Source: Phoronis australis
Lineage: Eukaryota; Animalia; Phoronida
DNA: 64,000 nucleotides
Direction: 5' to 3'
Assembly (NCBI GenBank): GCA_002633005.1
Contig: NMRA01000020.1
Location: 764,803 to 828,802, forward strand
In this document: piece after piece, positions 1 to 13,400 of the stretch
How positions within the stretch are numbered: the stretch's first letter is position 1
Layout of the letters: the number at the start of each line of letters is the position of its first letter
Program-made: the position numbers and the translations under genes
Notes under the pieces: model-generated
Database searches by the model: none
The model's input: the letters and a program-made list of their open reading frames with translations, nothing else
Told to the model about the DNA's origin: nothing

Positions 1-729
1 ATATTCCAAATTTCTCTTAAAACTGTTGCTTGCCAAAATTTCGAGCAAAGCCACCACAAAGTATCGTTTCTGGCTGAAAACGGCTTGAGCGCAGAAAGTA
101 TGAAATTCATGAGCATTCAGGCGTTTGTGTGATAAAGGACCCACTTCGTCAATAAATACGCAATGGTAATAGATTGCCTTGTATATTAGTCAGGTCGTTC
201 TATTAACTTGACATGTTTGTGTTTTCTTCAGTATACTTATTTTATCTGTGATTAAAATAGTGATGGAACAATAGGTTAGTTTTATTTTTCACGAAGTGTT
301 GTTTTAAGCGTTTTGCTGGGGCACTCTGTAATCACTCTGTTACCCGTAAGAAGATAAACAGTGATTGACAGGTACTTTTTAAGTGCGGAATTCCGAGCCA
401 CACTAATTCTTTGAGATACAGAAGTTACGTAATCGTTTCACTGTCCCGCTGATGTGATTTCGGCAGTTTGTAACGCATGCACAATCTCCCATTAGGTTAA
501 CAGTTATCGTACACTTGAAACAGATATAAACATTACAACTAAGAAATAAAACAAGAAACATCGGGCTGACGGCGGACCAGAAATACCATCTAAGCGCAAG
601 TCTCCGTGATGCCCAACCGCAGCAGGACTAGGGCGGAAAATCGCAAGAAGATCCGTTTATTCTTTGAAATTAGTAAATCAGTCGTCCAATAGTTATCCAA
701 ATTTGCTACTCTACTTTCAACTCCTGATT

Positions 730-1300
730 TAGCTACAAAACCATGTGACACATCCTCGAGGACACATTCCTAAGTCAACGTACATGTATGCCGTGTACTA
801 TTCCCTTTCATAGATCTCAGAACGTGAGCTTTTCACTGGCAGTTTTATCAAATAAAACGTGACACGTGAATTTCATTGGCAAAAACATTAACTCTTGAAT
901 CTTCCACAACTGCTGAAAAATCGCCTTGCTTTGGTGCCCAGTAGTCATCTCCTCGAGGAAATTACATGCCATGCGACACTGCATGACAAACGAAATGAAA
1001 ATGGTCGGGTCGACAAGCAAGTCGCCAATTGTGAACTTATCCACTAAGCTTTACTCAGTTTCCCTGCCGTAAGATTCTAACCTTGTTCCAGTTGTTGCCG
1101 CCACGCGAGAGTGTGTATTTTTCCTTCTTGGTCATTTTGCGTGTATGTTGTGTTTTCAAAGAGGTACGTGATTTTGGCTAGATTTTTCTCGTCGCGAATG
1201 AGCTAGTGAACTCTACCCTAGGATGCCTACTACCGGTACCACACGAACAACAAAATCCTATGTCTTTTGACTTTATTGCATATACTTCGAGACCATTGGC
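730..1300 (-). mobile_element. Non-coding remnant related to the 3' region of the Crypton element at 9.5-11.5 kb
   Basis: About 733-815 (ccatgtgacacatcctcgaggacacattcctaagtcaacg...ctattccctt) is a diverged reverse complement of about 11380-11460. 1195-1290 is more weakly similar to 10795-10875. Confidence 0.45.
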
Positions 1301-1399
1301 CCATAGTACAACAAATATGCGAAGCATATGCGATACATACATAAAATAAAATGAAAGTAACCAGAGGAGCAAAACAAGAAATAGAAATTTATCAACGAT

Positions 1400-2150
1400 T
1401 ACAGGAACCTACAGCTTTCTATCTTAAAAGAAAACAATAGTAAACAATTTCACTAATGTAGCTTATACATTTTCATCACAGCTTGTTAATAACCTTTTAA
1501 ACTGCTGGCGTTTGGTTCACATCTGAACTCCGATGCGATAAATACATTACTTAGATTCAAATGCAGCGTGCAAATACATCTACAATGAAAGTCGTGTTCT
1601 ATATTTTTCAGTACAAAATGGGCAAAATTGAAAATGTCGGTCATTATGAATGTGTCGTCCAGATCCAATAGCTAATTTACGATATTATAATCTGAGAACG
1701 GTAGTAGTGTCATAGCACGAATAAGTACAGATAGTAAACCCAGTGCTAAATAACGTTCAAAACTAAAATCTAACCTGATTACAGAGTATGTTTCAATCTT
1801 TGTACTATTATTAATATCCCACTGCCACTCTTGCAAATAACAGTCCTTCAATATTTCTTCCAAAAGTACAAGAAAAAATTTTGTAACAACCAATACCTTG
1901 TTGGAACCGCACTACTCCAAAACCGGCATAACGTCAAAGTAACAATCCAATTGCTCACTCTCGTGTAACTTTACCAACACTATCTAACTCAAAAAGCATG
2001 TTATACACCGCTTTACAAAATCTTATGTGAGTTAGCTTGACAAATTTTCGCCAGTGTTTTAAGCATGAACGTTTGATGACCAATGGATATCTACCACACC
2101 CACCAAGGACAGCACTGTTGGTGGTTCTTAGTGACCTTCGAACACCTAAA
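1400..2150 (-). pseudogene. 3' part of a non-LTR retrotransposon ORF2 (RTEX/Crack-like), decayed
   Basis: Minus-strand frames give CKAVYNMLFELDSVGKVT, LKDCYLQEWQWDINNSTKIETY..I..DFSFERYL, FSDYN..AIGSGRH and CRCICTL. These match the usual LINE C-terminal order (RxSxHxLxIExGR followed by a Cys motif). Many stops and frameshifts. Confidence 0.6.
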
Positions 2151-2327
2151 ATCCGTCATGACACAAGTCCAAGTGAATATTTTCTGTACTTTTATACTAT
2201 TTGCAACTCCGGATATCAGCACTATAACTCTGTACAGAAAAAATATTTCATAAGAAATTTGGAAAGCAGTAGACAGTGTCAGTTGATCACATGAATATGT
2301 AAATTTATTGAATATCAACAAAGTTTT

Positions 2328-2506
2328 ACAATACTAATAACAATAATATTATTAATATTGTTATTAGTATTAGTATTGTTATTATTAATATTGTTATTAG
2401 TATTGTTATTACTAATATTGTTATTAGTATTGTTATTATTATTGTTATTATTATTACCATCATCATTATTATTATCATCATTATCATTATCATTATTATT
2501 ATTATG
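2328..2506. repeat. Imperfect (ATT/GTT/ATC)n trinucleotide microsatellite
   Basis: Direct inspection: tattgttattag... and attattatcatc... runs. Confidence 0.95.
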
Positions 2507-3664
2507 ATGGGGAAGTTTTCAAAACTCTCGGTAAGTATGCTCAACATACTAAAAGGAGGGGACAGTATGGCTAATTGGTTTGACCTCCAAACTCCCGATT
2601 GGGAGACCGTGTTCGAATCTAGGCTTTGCCTGCAGACAATCGAGCATATCACAAAGGTGTCTCTTTCTCTGAGCTTGGTCTTTCTAGTGAATCTATGCAA
2701 GGGAGTGAATAAGAGCCTGGATGAAATGCGAAAGCGATTTCTGTTGGTGTGTTTATATTTAAAAAACATAAACGATCAGATTTGTGATTTTTGTGTGAAA
2801 ATTATTTACTCTGAGTTCCAAAGCAGTGAGTTTTGGTATCAGTAACAATTTTATTGATGCCAGTAACAATTTTATTGATATTTGGTATTTACGTCATTAT
2901 CAAAACAGTTCTTCAAAGTTGTCGCTCTAAAGGGTACGTGATCTTTTATCGCTGAAAGAGTACAACGTACTTGATTGAGCTTGGTGTTGACATTATTTTA
3001 ATAAATAAGTGTTTGAAGAGAGAATGATTGCCCGAGGAGAAATCAACTGATTAAACACACTGCTATGAATTTCAAATCACCAGAGATTAAAAAGCCTGTT
3101 TAGACCAAGATGATGCTCGTGAATGTCCGCGGGGATTCTTCACGTGAACATCGATCATCTTCAAATCATTCTCTACACGCGTAATTTAGATGAGTTTTCT
3201 CTTAAAAACTAAGAATACCCCGTAGTCCAGAGTGATGCACTAATTGTGTGGGTGTCAGGAAAATGACATTAGGTGATCGAATTCTTTGGAGGAGATTGCC
3301 AGTTTGCTGTACCGATTTCACAATCATTTTGATCCCTGTTTGTATCTTCGATAAAGACATGCACAAGTTTTTTCCTATATCTGTAGGGCCTTCTCCGACG
3401 CATGCCATTGTTCGTGAATAAACTTACCATTCACAAAAGGAAGTCACCCCTGCAACACATCAACGTACCAGCTTCTAGGCAGTTATACAATTTCCCAAAC
3501 TCTAGGCATTGTGTTTTTGCATGAGCGCATTCTATGGCATTCCCAAAAAGGTCTGGTTTGCTCTGTACACGAAAAATAAACATATTAGACAACGAAATAT
3601 AAGGATATTGGAGAAGAGATATAGCCTAAAGCCACCATACATGTACACCATGTTTATGTGTTAA

Positions 3665-5286
3665 AGGAGAATGCCACGCGATTTAATTAGTCTGTTTTAC
3701 AGTCTTAATCGGTCATATCCACATCGCCTCTTATACGGTCGACCTCACCTTGCCGAGAAGTGTCGCGTTAACCTGTGAGGAAGGTGAGAAACGACGCAGC
3801 GACGTCAGTGGTTCGTCTGCAGAGTGAATGCCGCTATATTGCAGTGCATCGTTCCTGCTTGTTCGAACTATGAAGCTGCGAAGAAAGCGGGTCTATCGTT
3901 TTTTCGACTTCCAAAGCCCGAAATGCTTAGGAAGTGGCTCGCGGTAGTGAAGAATGAGAGGAACGCTGTTAATAGCAAGTATGAGGCCTTGAAACATCTC
4001 CGTGTCTGTGGCCGGCATTTCGTCGATGAGTGATTTCTCTGACGAATTCCGGTTTACCAAAGAACTATCCGTACGTTCAGTTACCTATGCATGCTGACGG
4101 CGCCTCTCTAGTATTTCTTGATCAGTGTATTCCGGTTCGAACTGATAGCCTGTGACCCATACTAGTAAGTCTTCGTCGGATGTGCACTTGAGTAAATCGA
4201 CCGAATGGCGCCGGGCGAGTTACCATGTAGACGTTTATTATTCTGCGTTATGTTTCAAAATGAATTATTCTCATCCTAACCAATGCTTATACGAAACTGA
4301 AACAAAGCCCGTCTCATTTGATACAATTTGTAATGCCTTGGAGTTCTCGTGAGTGCAAATATGTTTTGAGAAGCCAGCAATAAACCACTGCGTTACCGGC
4401 TTCTGATGCCGGCAACAAAGGAAACTGACCGGGCACCGAGGCCGTGTGAGCTCATGCTAATTCAGTGTTTGCTGATAGAAAGCTGTTGTGAAACAATTAC
4501 TCGATTATGTATACATGCTATGGTCAAATGTTAGGGGAATCTTTATTTAGAAATACAAATACATTATTCAAATCATTGTTACTGTACAACCTTTGCCCCG
4601 ACAAGAAAATACATGTAGATTTTCAGTTTCGTGGCAATTCACGTAAATAATTACGTACGTGCACATTATTTCTTTGGCTAACTATTATAGTCTTTTCGTG
4701 ACTAGAGGTTTAGTTTCCAACTCCAGCTGGTTTATGTTCGTGCCAGTCCCGGCGGCCGCGACGGGCCTGATCGGGTTCCGAGCCACTGGCCGGGATAACA
4801 AGCGTTTTGTGCGTTTAGAACTCAAAAAATCACAAGTATAAACAACACAGATCTAGGTTCTCCTGTCTGTATTCCACGGAAGCGTACTTCGAATTTGTCT
4901 CCGAACAAACTCCAAACTCCTGCTACGCACCTTGGTAAGTTGGCCAGCCGAACTTTGTATACGCTACGGTGTGTCCAAATACCAATAAATCGGTAACAGC
5001 AAAATAAAACAACACGTTTTTATTAGAAGTCGGTGTATTTTTAAGGGTTTTACGTCGAAGTTTGATGATTTATTGGTGTTAAACGGTGAATTCAAGCGAT
5101 AAGCTGACACCACTAACCCGTGTTGTGAACTGCTGAACAGACTGCGTGTGAAACAAATTACGTCATTGGATAGTTTCAACACCTCCGTCTGCCGTCAGGT
5201 GTCAGGTAACGCAAACGAACGTGCCGCAGTCGAGTAGAACTACTAAATTGATACAAAATAGGTTGTTTTTTGGGAGGCATTCTCCT
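3665..5286 (+). mobile_element. Non-autonomous Kolobok-type DNA transposon (family 1, copy 1) with THAP remnant
   Basis: TTAA (3661-3664) + AGGAGAATGCC ... GGCATTCTCCT + TTAA (5287-5290): an 11-bp TIR, TTAA TSD and purine-start termini. A second copy starts at 18228. Confidence 0.8.
3824..4033 (+). pseudogene. THAP (C2CH) zinc-finger fragment of Kolobok transposase
   Basis: CIVPACSN...SFFRLP...RKWL...RVCGRHF has all the THAP signature residues (C, C, P, W, C, H, F). A stop follows immediately. Confidence 0.8.
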
Positions 5287-7443
5287 TTAAAACATCAACA
5301 TCCTTCACAGGCGTACATGGATTTGCCCTTCGAAAGCAACAAAACGCTTGAAAATTCCCTAACAGCCACATTGCTTTGGTGACTGAAACTAACCCGCCTG
5401 GTCGGAAGTACGCAAATTTGGAGGTCCGCCAAATTCGGACACCACAAAATGATATTTCGCGAGATTCGTCCAAGAATGAATTTTTTCTATTGGAATTAAT
5501 TTTCAGTGTCCGAAAATCACGCGACTTTACCGTAATAACAACCCGTCAATTCTTCCTCAAGTCTAGATTTTTTGTAATCTGAGTAAGTAAAAGTCGTGTT
5601 GATAGCAGTGCGTGGCCACGTGAAGTTGATTTTCGACAGGGGGCAATACTGTGCTGCCCTAGTCAACTGTTGGATAGCGGAAACAATTCAAAAGAACAAG
5701 AAATAAGTATTCGAAGGGGTTTGGCAGCAGTTTTCTCAGTCCAATCCATGTGATTGGCTGGCTGTGGTTCCAGCTTGTTGACAACTTCACAGGATGAAAT
5801 CTTGTATAACGGAGATGACATCACCAGGATACATAAGTCACTAGGATGAATTCATAATCTGGGGTACGCCCCAAGAAAAGTGACTTATCTCAAACATATC
5901 TTAAATTTCGGCCAATTTGAAGATAAAACTTAAATTTGTCTTAAATCCGTTTTAAGAAAGAGATGTTTAGTTTGAATTGAGCTTTTGACTTAATTTTGAT
6001 CTCAATTTTGACTATCTTACCGGATGTAAAAGTTCCAAAGTTTGGAAGTTGAGACAAATCATCGAGGCCAAACTGTCAACACGTTTTTGTGTCTGTGCCA
6101 AACACTGAAGTCTACGTACATTTGGACGCATACGTGCAGTTACGTTCGTAAACATCTGGGAAGAACAGTTGGAAACTGTGTTAAGCCTATGTGAATTAAT
6201 GCCAGCTTGAATGATGAACCAGCCACCACAAGCACCACCAGAAGTCGGATTGTATTCGAAGTTATCTCATGCAAGAGTCAATGTGCGCAACCAAACGGTC
6301 ATCACGCTTCAGGATGGTTGGTCAGAGCACAAATATGTGTTTGTGTCAGTGAAGAAAACTCGTGAATGTTTGTGGACAAGAAGGCAGCAGTAAGGGCGCT
6401 CAACAAACGCTGTAGAGAAATCTTTATTTTAAAATAATTAATTGAAATTTAAAGTAGTTTGTAAAACTCTTCGGACGCACAGTTACCAAAATGTAAATGT
6501 CTAATAGTTTCAAATACGCTGCACCCTAGTAGCCGATAAAAGTAGCCTACATTTTACCCTTAGAATCCGTTCCTCTAAAAAGGGAAGGTGTCTAAATCGT
6601 AAGTGTTAACTTCAAGAATGCTATTCCATGAATGCACACTTTAATAGTAACTACATGTATATAGTGGTTTAACTCAGACAAATAATTTTCATTACAAAAC
6701 ATCTCACAAACGTAGTTACTGTTGTACATTTTCGATGAGGATTCTTAAAACATCCTCATTCTCCAATACATTCATTGCAAACGTTCTGGAAACATTGCAA
6801 TCAGAAACTTAAAACTTTGCATGCAGCCTTTGACCCCATGACTGATTACTCCAATGGTTTTGGAAATCGGTGGACCAGTCTCCAAGATACAAACAAAACC
6901 CCACGTGTGATACGTAAAAACACGAACGGAGGAAAACGCAACTGAAGTCAGGTGGAAGCGTCGTTCGTCTACAACATGCATTTTTTCGTTAAACCTACTT
7001 TTTCCGCAGTAAACCTAAAGACCTATTGCGTAAGAAATCATACGTTTGATATTACATGGGCGAATCACAAAGTATTGGAAAGTAGAAATTCATACGATTT
7101 ATATTTTATTGTCTGGAAAAACTAATACCAACAACCAAAAGCGCGCCAACCAAACACTGCCGGATTTCCATGCATATGTGACTAAGTTATTACTGACAAA
7201 TCGGGTGTCACAACTGTACGTACTCCCAGTCCGAAAGACATGAAAACAAATTCTTAGGCAGACCCATCTTCGGGGGCGAATTCGATATCCACCGCACGTT
7301 CATTCAAACGGAGACACACCTCAACTCAAGAAACACGGTGAGACTGTCTAGCTGCGTTGTCTCAGTCAAGGTCAATTCAGTGCTCACGCGCGGGGCAGCC
7401 CTGTTGACTGTCATTAATAAACATTTGTTAAGTTTTATTATAT

Positions 7444-7509
7444 ATAGGTTATTACATGGCGAAGTCGTTATCCCCTGTAATCTAGAGCCCGAGTGGGTTT
7501 TGGAGAATT
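7444..7509 (+). repeat. Half-copy of the long hairpin element at 36704-36867
   Basis: ataggttattacatggcgaagtcgttatcccctgtaatctagagcccgagtgg matches 36704-36770. Confidence 0.75.
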
Positions 7510-7593
7510 TAACAATTAGACTAGTTTACTACACATTTTATGCTAAGCGTCTACCGTCAAAATATCGTCTACTAAAGTACATTAGGTTACCTG

Positions 7594-8380
7594 GGCCCAG
7601 TCTCCAATCTTCGTACTCAGACTCAACCTCATACTCGATATTTCATACTCAAAATCGTGCTCACTGGATACCCTGGTAGTGGTGACGGGCATTGATGATG
7701 ATGAAACTATGATGTGAACTGTACCTGAGACAGGAAAGCAAACTGTTTTTTAACTGTCCTCGCCTCCTCGTCTTTTGGAAACCCTACAAACCGTAGGCAC
7801 ACTTACTGAAATAAGGGCAGCACAAACTTCTCACACGACTTTTCCCACAACTGCTTTCGACACATGTAACGACACGCCGACAAGGGATTAGAATGCGCCT
7901 GTTGCCAGGAATCGGATTTTAAAAATTGGCGGCGATGACATGCAGTGACTCAGACGGAGGGTTAATAAGGTGAAGAATAAGAAGAATTAAAATGAAAACT
8001 ATTATCTCTGAACTGCAATTGAATCGCAGAAATTTGGTAAGAGGACTTACTTTTTTAAGATTTGCTGTGTCTCTCGATGGCCTTTTGGTATTTTGTTCTC
8101 TCGCTCGTATTTATTTTCGAGTACAATGTCAAGCTAACTGCCAGACCAAACTTGAAATTTGGAGCATACTAAGAATTTTACTCAGAATCGTACTCGAAAT
8201 ATAGATGAGATACGCTTCAGCTTGAGTATACTCGAAAATTGAGTATGTGCTCGAAATTTCGAGTACAGATTTTTCGAGTATGACATTGAATACACCAAAG
8301 CTGAGTCTGTATTTGAGTTCAATATGAAGTGTGAGTTCGAGTATGATTCGAGTCTGAGTACGGAGATTGGAGACCGGGCC
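7594..8380 (+). mobile_element. PIF/Harbinger-type MITE, copy 1
   Basis: TIR GGCCC(A/G)GTCTCCAATCT(T/C)CGTACTCAGACTC, flanked by CTG (7591-7593) and CAG (8381-8383), a 3-bp CWG target. Subterminal ACTCGA/TGAGTA repeats. Confidence 0.75.
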
Positions 8381-8383
8381 CAG

Positions 8384-9362
8384 GGCCCGGTCTCCAATCT
8401 CCGTACTCAGACTCGAATCATGCTCAAACTCACACTTCATACTCAACTCGAGTACAGACTCAGCTTTGGTGTATTCAATGTCATACTCGAAAAATCTGTA
8501 CTCGAAATTTCGAGCACNNNNNNNNNNNNNNNNNNNNNNNNNNNNNNNNNNNNNNNNNNNNNNNNNNNNNNNNNNNNNNNNNNNNNNNNNNNNNNNNNNN
8601 NNNNNNNNNNNNNNNNNNNNNNNNNNNNNNNNNNNNNNNNNNNNNNNNNNNNNNNNNNNNNNNNNNNNNNNNNNNNNNNNNNNNNNNNNNNNNNNNNNNN
8701 NNNNNNNNNNNNNNNNNNNNNNNNNNNNNNNNNNNNNNNNNNNNNNNNNNNNNNNNNNNNNNNNNNNNNNNNNNNNNNNNNNNNNNNNNNNNNNNNNNNN
8801 NNNNNNNNNNNNNNNNNNNNNNNNNNNNNNNNNNNNNNNNNNNNNNNNNNNNNNNNNNNNNNNNNNNNNNNNNNNNNNNNNNNNNNNNNNNNNNNNNNNN
8901 NNNNNNNNNNNNNNNNNNNNNNNNNNNNNNNNNNNNNNNNNNNNNNNNNNNNNNNNNNNNNNNNNNNNNNNNNNNNNNNNNNNNNNNNNNNNNNNNNNNN
9001 NNNNNNNNNNNNNNNNNNNNNNNNNNNNNNNNNNNNNNNNNNNNNNNNNNNNNNNNNNNNNNNNNNNNNNNNNNNNNNNNNNNNNNNNNNNNNNNNNNNN
9101 NNNNNNNNNNNNNNNNNNNNNNNNNNNTGGTCTATTCCAATAGGGAGCGATGAATCAGCGCGGCTTTGCGTGATTTTGCATTTCACATCATAAAGAGTTC
9201 CATAGCAACTCGAGTATGAGTGTCAGATTTGAGTACGTTTGGAGTCTACTCGAAATACGACATTAGATACGCTTTTTTGAGTACGACTCCAGTGAGCACG
9301 ATTTTGAGTATGAAATCTCGAGTATGAGTATGAGTCTGAGTACGGAGATTGGAGACCGGGCC
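8384..9362 (-). mobile_element. PIF/Harbinger-type MITE, copy 2, inverted and abutting copy 1 (spans an N gap)
   Basis: 8384-8517 is the near-perfect reverse complement of 8247-8380. 9288-9362 is the reverse complement of 7594-7668. Followed by CTG (9363-9365). Confidence 0.75.
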
Positions 9363-9479
9363 CTGATTACTGTAACAATGTCTAGGATTCCAGACCACAT
9401 GCTGCCGTCGTGGAAATCGATTATCTCGAATTGGAAGAAAATGACAGATACCGTGAAAAATTAAACCCTAGAGACGCTA

Positions 9480-10430
9480 ACAGCTGCAACAAGACCAACT
9501 GAGAAAAACACATACTTGAGCTTACAAAAGAAAAGTTGGACGCTCATATGAGCTGTTTCTTTCTCGAAGTGAAAAAGGGACAGATCGGAGTACGAGCCAG
9601 ACACTCTACTAAGTTTCCAAAGATCTATTGATCGGTTTTTGCGAGAAAATGATCTCGCGTTTTCGATTACAGTATAAGTAATCAAGCGTTTAGTAGATCA
9701 AGAGCAGCTCTGCAAGCGAAGCGAAAAGACCTAAAATCTCAAGGAAAAGGCAACAAAAGTAATAAAGCAGCGGAACTTACTGCCAATGATCAGGAAATCC
9801 TATGGGCCAAAGGAGTGATTGGAGTGAACAGTCCAACTGCTTTACTCAAGCTGGTATAGCTAAAGAATACTCTCCTGTTGGGATTTCGTGGAAACGACGA
9901 AAATCGAAAACTTCAATGGGGCGATATCACACTGCACAGTACAACGGAAGGAGAATACGTTGAGTTCAATGAAAGGGTGACCAAAACAAGATCAGATGTG
10001 TCACTGACGAGACCATTCAAACCGAAGCAGTTTGCGTTGGAAGAAAACCAACCCCACTGGCCAGTAGCTGCGTATAAGAAATACAGAGCAACGAGGCCAG
10101 AGATTATGATGCAAGCAGACAGCCCATTCCATCTAAAACCCAAACAGAGTAGGCCTTTATCTGATCAGCCTTGGTTCACGATGCTGCCGGTTGGTGTAAA
10201 CACTAGCCAAAATGGTTTCGCGGATGTGCGAGGCAACTGGAATAGCGTGCCGTAAAACAAAGCACAGTCTGAGGAAGACAACGTTTTCCACGTTATTCAA
10301 GTCCGGAGTCCTCCAAAACCACCGTGATGCAGCTGTCAGGACACAAGAACATGCAGAGCCTGAACAACTACCACACTGCGGACATTACTGAGCAGAGGCG
10401 TTTATGCTCCATACATGTACTTACAGGGAA
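9480..10430 (+). pseudogene. Crypton-type tyrosine recombinase (DUF3504/KIAA1958-like), decayed
   Basis: Frames read SEYEPDTLLSFQRSIDRFLRE, KRKDLKSQGKGNKSNKAAEL, LGFRGNDENRKLQWGDI..EYVEFNERVTKTR, PVAAYKKY, KHSLRKT and MQLSGHKNMQSLNNYH. This gives the YR catalytic set R, HxxR, H, Y. Stops and frameshifts present. Confidence 0.88.
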
Positions 10431-13400
10431 CGAGCCTGCATCATCCTCCACTAACATCTCAATGTCCCGCACCTCCTCCGCCTCATCAGGGTTGTCGTCT
10501 GTATTTGTAATAATCTATACATTGTATATATTACAACTTCAAAGACTATTAGATTCTAACTTTAACATTTTTACAAAAGCTGAATGCAATTTACAATTGT
10601 TCAGTTGAAAATAGAACTATTAACAAGAAGCAATTGAGTTTACTTTACATTGCGCAAGCGTGTTTTCACAAAAGTTGCGTCATGTGATTGAAAGTTTTAC
10701 ACACTTCGAGTTTTTCGGCAAAAAGATAGTTTTTACGGTACATAAAATTAATCCTACACTCGTCTCAGGCTGATCACATGGGCAAAACCTCTTGCCCATG
10801 TCATAAACTTGAGACTCGTGTAGGATTCTCTCTGTCATTTTGTCAAAAACCTGAGGTCGTCTAGTACGCATTCGGATCTGCGGCGTTTTTTCGGCGTTTC
10901 ATTGTTTGAACTAACAAAGACTCGCTGCGATATTCATGGAAAGAAAACCTGATGCATTTATAGAATTGTTGTTTACAATCAAATATCCATAGATCGTATA
11001 CAGCACCTCGGTTACAAAGTTCAAAATACACGCAAAAGGTTCAGGAAGGAAAGATGCACGCTCTCGCGTGGTAACAAAGACTTGCACGGGGTCAGAATCT
11101 AACGTGCCGGTGATTGAAAACCTTGGTGGATAAGTTCGCAAGTCACGAGTTTTTTGTCGTTCGTTTTCATTTCGTTTCTGATATGTGATCACATGATATG
11201 CAATCTTCTCGACGCCAAGACTACTGAGTATCAAAGCAAGGCAAATTTGCGGAAGTAAATGTAAATGAGTCTGGTTTTAGAAAATGAAAGCTGAGGATTC
11301 GAGAGTTGATGTTTTGATGCCATTAAAAACCAGTTGCTTTTGATTTAGGAAAAGTGCGAACGAATAGGTCATGTTCATATGAGCTAGATAAGGGAATAGA
11401 AAACGGGATACGTTGACTTAGGAATCTGGTCCTCGGAATTGTGTCACATGGCTTTGCAACTGGGCAAATGAAGCGGTTACACAACTTGTTGAATTTGAAT
11501 TCAAATGCAGGATTAGCGTGGTTCGGGTTATCGCGCTCTCCCGCCTGTCAACGATTGGATAGCTTAAGAAGGGAGATTATAGAGTACCACACATTACCAG
11601 CAATATTGAAACCGTGAACTGCACATGCGCGAAAATCACTCAGTTAGCCTCCTTCGGGATACATGGTTTTCGCAGAAAACACAGCGTGAGGGTCTTATTT
11701 ATGAATCAATCACATTTGCCGATAGCACATAACATAGATAAGTATTTTGTTAAAAACGTGGCTAAGTTTCAGCAAAATTGGAAAAAAATTATGTTTAACA
11801 TGGTATGGCCAAAATTTTGGCTTATTTTGTCGCTTCGATCAGTGGAATCGCCGCTAAAAACCCGAAAGTGCATGTGAGAAAACGATAATTTTCGACCTAG
11901 CCTTTCATGTGCAGTTAGTTGCCGATATACCCAACAGATGTCAGTATAATCAAGATTGAAATGTAGGAGTTTGAAGAAAATTAGACAAAATTTTGTATTT
12001 AACATGGGGTCGCCGAAAATTGCCAATTTTGGCCTTTGGATATCAGTTCATCACCATAGACTATCATTAGTGGGTCTAGTAAATTCGAAGTTTTTGGTTA
12101 AATCACTGATAATATTCACACGAGTATACTAATAAACGTTTTCTCTATATATAGCAGTTTGATTCCAACGCTAAAAGTAGTGCGTACAACAGAAATTGGC
12201 CCTTGACCGGCCCGGCCCATAGTAGTATGGGAGCTAAAATTCAGCTGTGAACCAAAGTAGCTGTGTGCGGAAAACTCACCTGAGGTGTTTACGATCCACT
12301 TCAGGGAAAAAAACCTCGTTGTCCCTAACAATAATTTGTTCCCGAGTACTTCGGGCATGGTTTAAAATTGAAAGGGTCCATTACATGTTGAATTTATGAG
12401 AATTGTATTGTTGCATTGCGAACTGAAAACTAGTCGATTGACTCGGTAGTGCGAGATAAGGCAACGAGTAAGGACAGCTTTGATTTGCTTACGAGTGGTG
12501 ACTCATGATATTGGCCAGACATCTGTAATAATATGTTTTGTCTTTCCTTTTTAACGGAATATATTTGAACTTTGGTAATTTTGGGCTATAAAATGTAGAA
12601 CAGCCTTCCTGGTGCTTCTCTCCAGTAGACACGCGAAGAGTGAAACGCTAACTGGTCCATAAGCGATGACCTAGTTTACGCAGAGAACCTGGCGGATGAC
12701 CTAGTTTACGAATTGCTGGTAATGAGGGAAAACGTTTAAAAAAACGGTTTGTGAAAAAAACAAAGATATGTTGTTCCATCACTACTTTAATCACAGATAA
12801 AACCAAATACACTGGAGAAAATCCATTACATGTCAAGCTGGGAAAACTAAGCAATCATCAGATCTTAAGGAGTTAAAGATGACGTTGCAAAAGAGGGCAG
12901 ACTATTCTCATCCGGGTCCACGACCACAGGTGGATGCGTGGTGTAACTGACGTTGTCGAATAACTTTACCAAGGAATCGTTAGATTTCTCCATTCGTACC
13001 TCAAAAACTTCACTCATTGATTCAGTGGTTGTTTGCTTTGGACGACATTTCTCTCAAATCACAGCATTGACCTTTCCCCACTAAAGTCACTTTTGAAAAG
13101 TTCCTGTTAGGGATTGATATTCCCGCATACACCGCTGACTTCTTTCACCACATGACCTTTTCTGTGTTCCTAAGCGCCAATTAAAGGGCTATATTTCGAT
13201 TTCCTAATTCGGGCCTCGCAACTACCGCATGTAACGTTTTCATTAATGTACAAGTTAGGGAGCCAGTAAATAGTGCCTCGGAGGTTTTAAGCTGGAACCA
13301 AAGTTCAAACTATGGTCCCCATAGTTTCAAGTGAATACACTTAGTCAACCATCGTGATCGAGCAATCGATCTTTGAACCTAAATTTGGTCCGAACCTGCT

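Noticed and set aside
2326-2769. 147-aa ORF with an Ile/Thr/Leu-rich hydrophobic tail
   Set aside because: It is a translation of the ATT-type microsatellite.
4700-4960. Second, antisense THAP start (LPRCVAGV) in Kolobok family 1
   Set aside because: It is not preserved in copy 2, and downstream THAP residues are absent.
8129-9193. Mirror-image ORFs and long X-containing ORFs
   Set aside because: They are produced by the MITE palindrome and the N gap. The same applies to ORFs across 24875-25420 and 48709-49082, apart from their real RT, THAP and KolX flanks.
11560-12876. Possible piggyBac/Kolobok element ending AAGGAG|TTAA
   Set aside because: No convincing matching left TIR was found.
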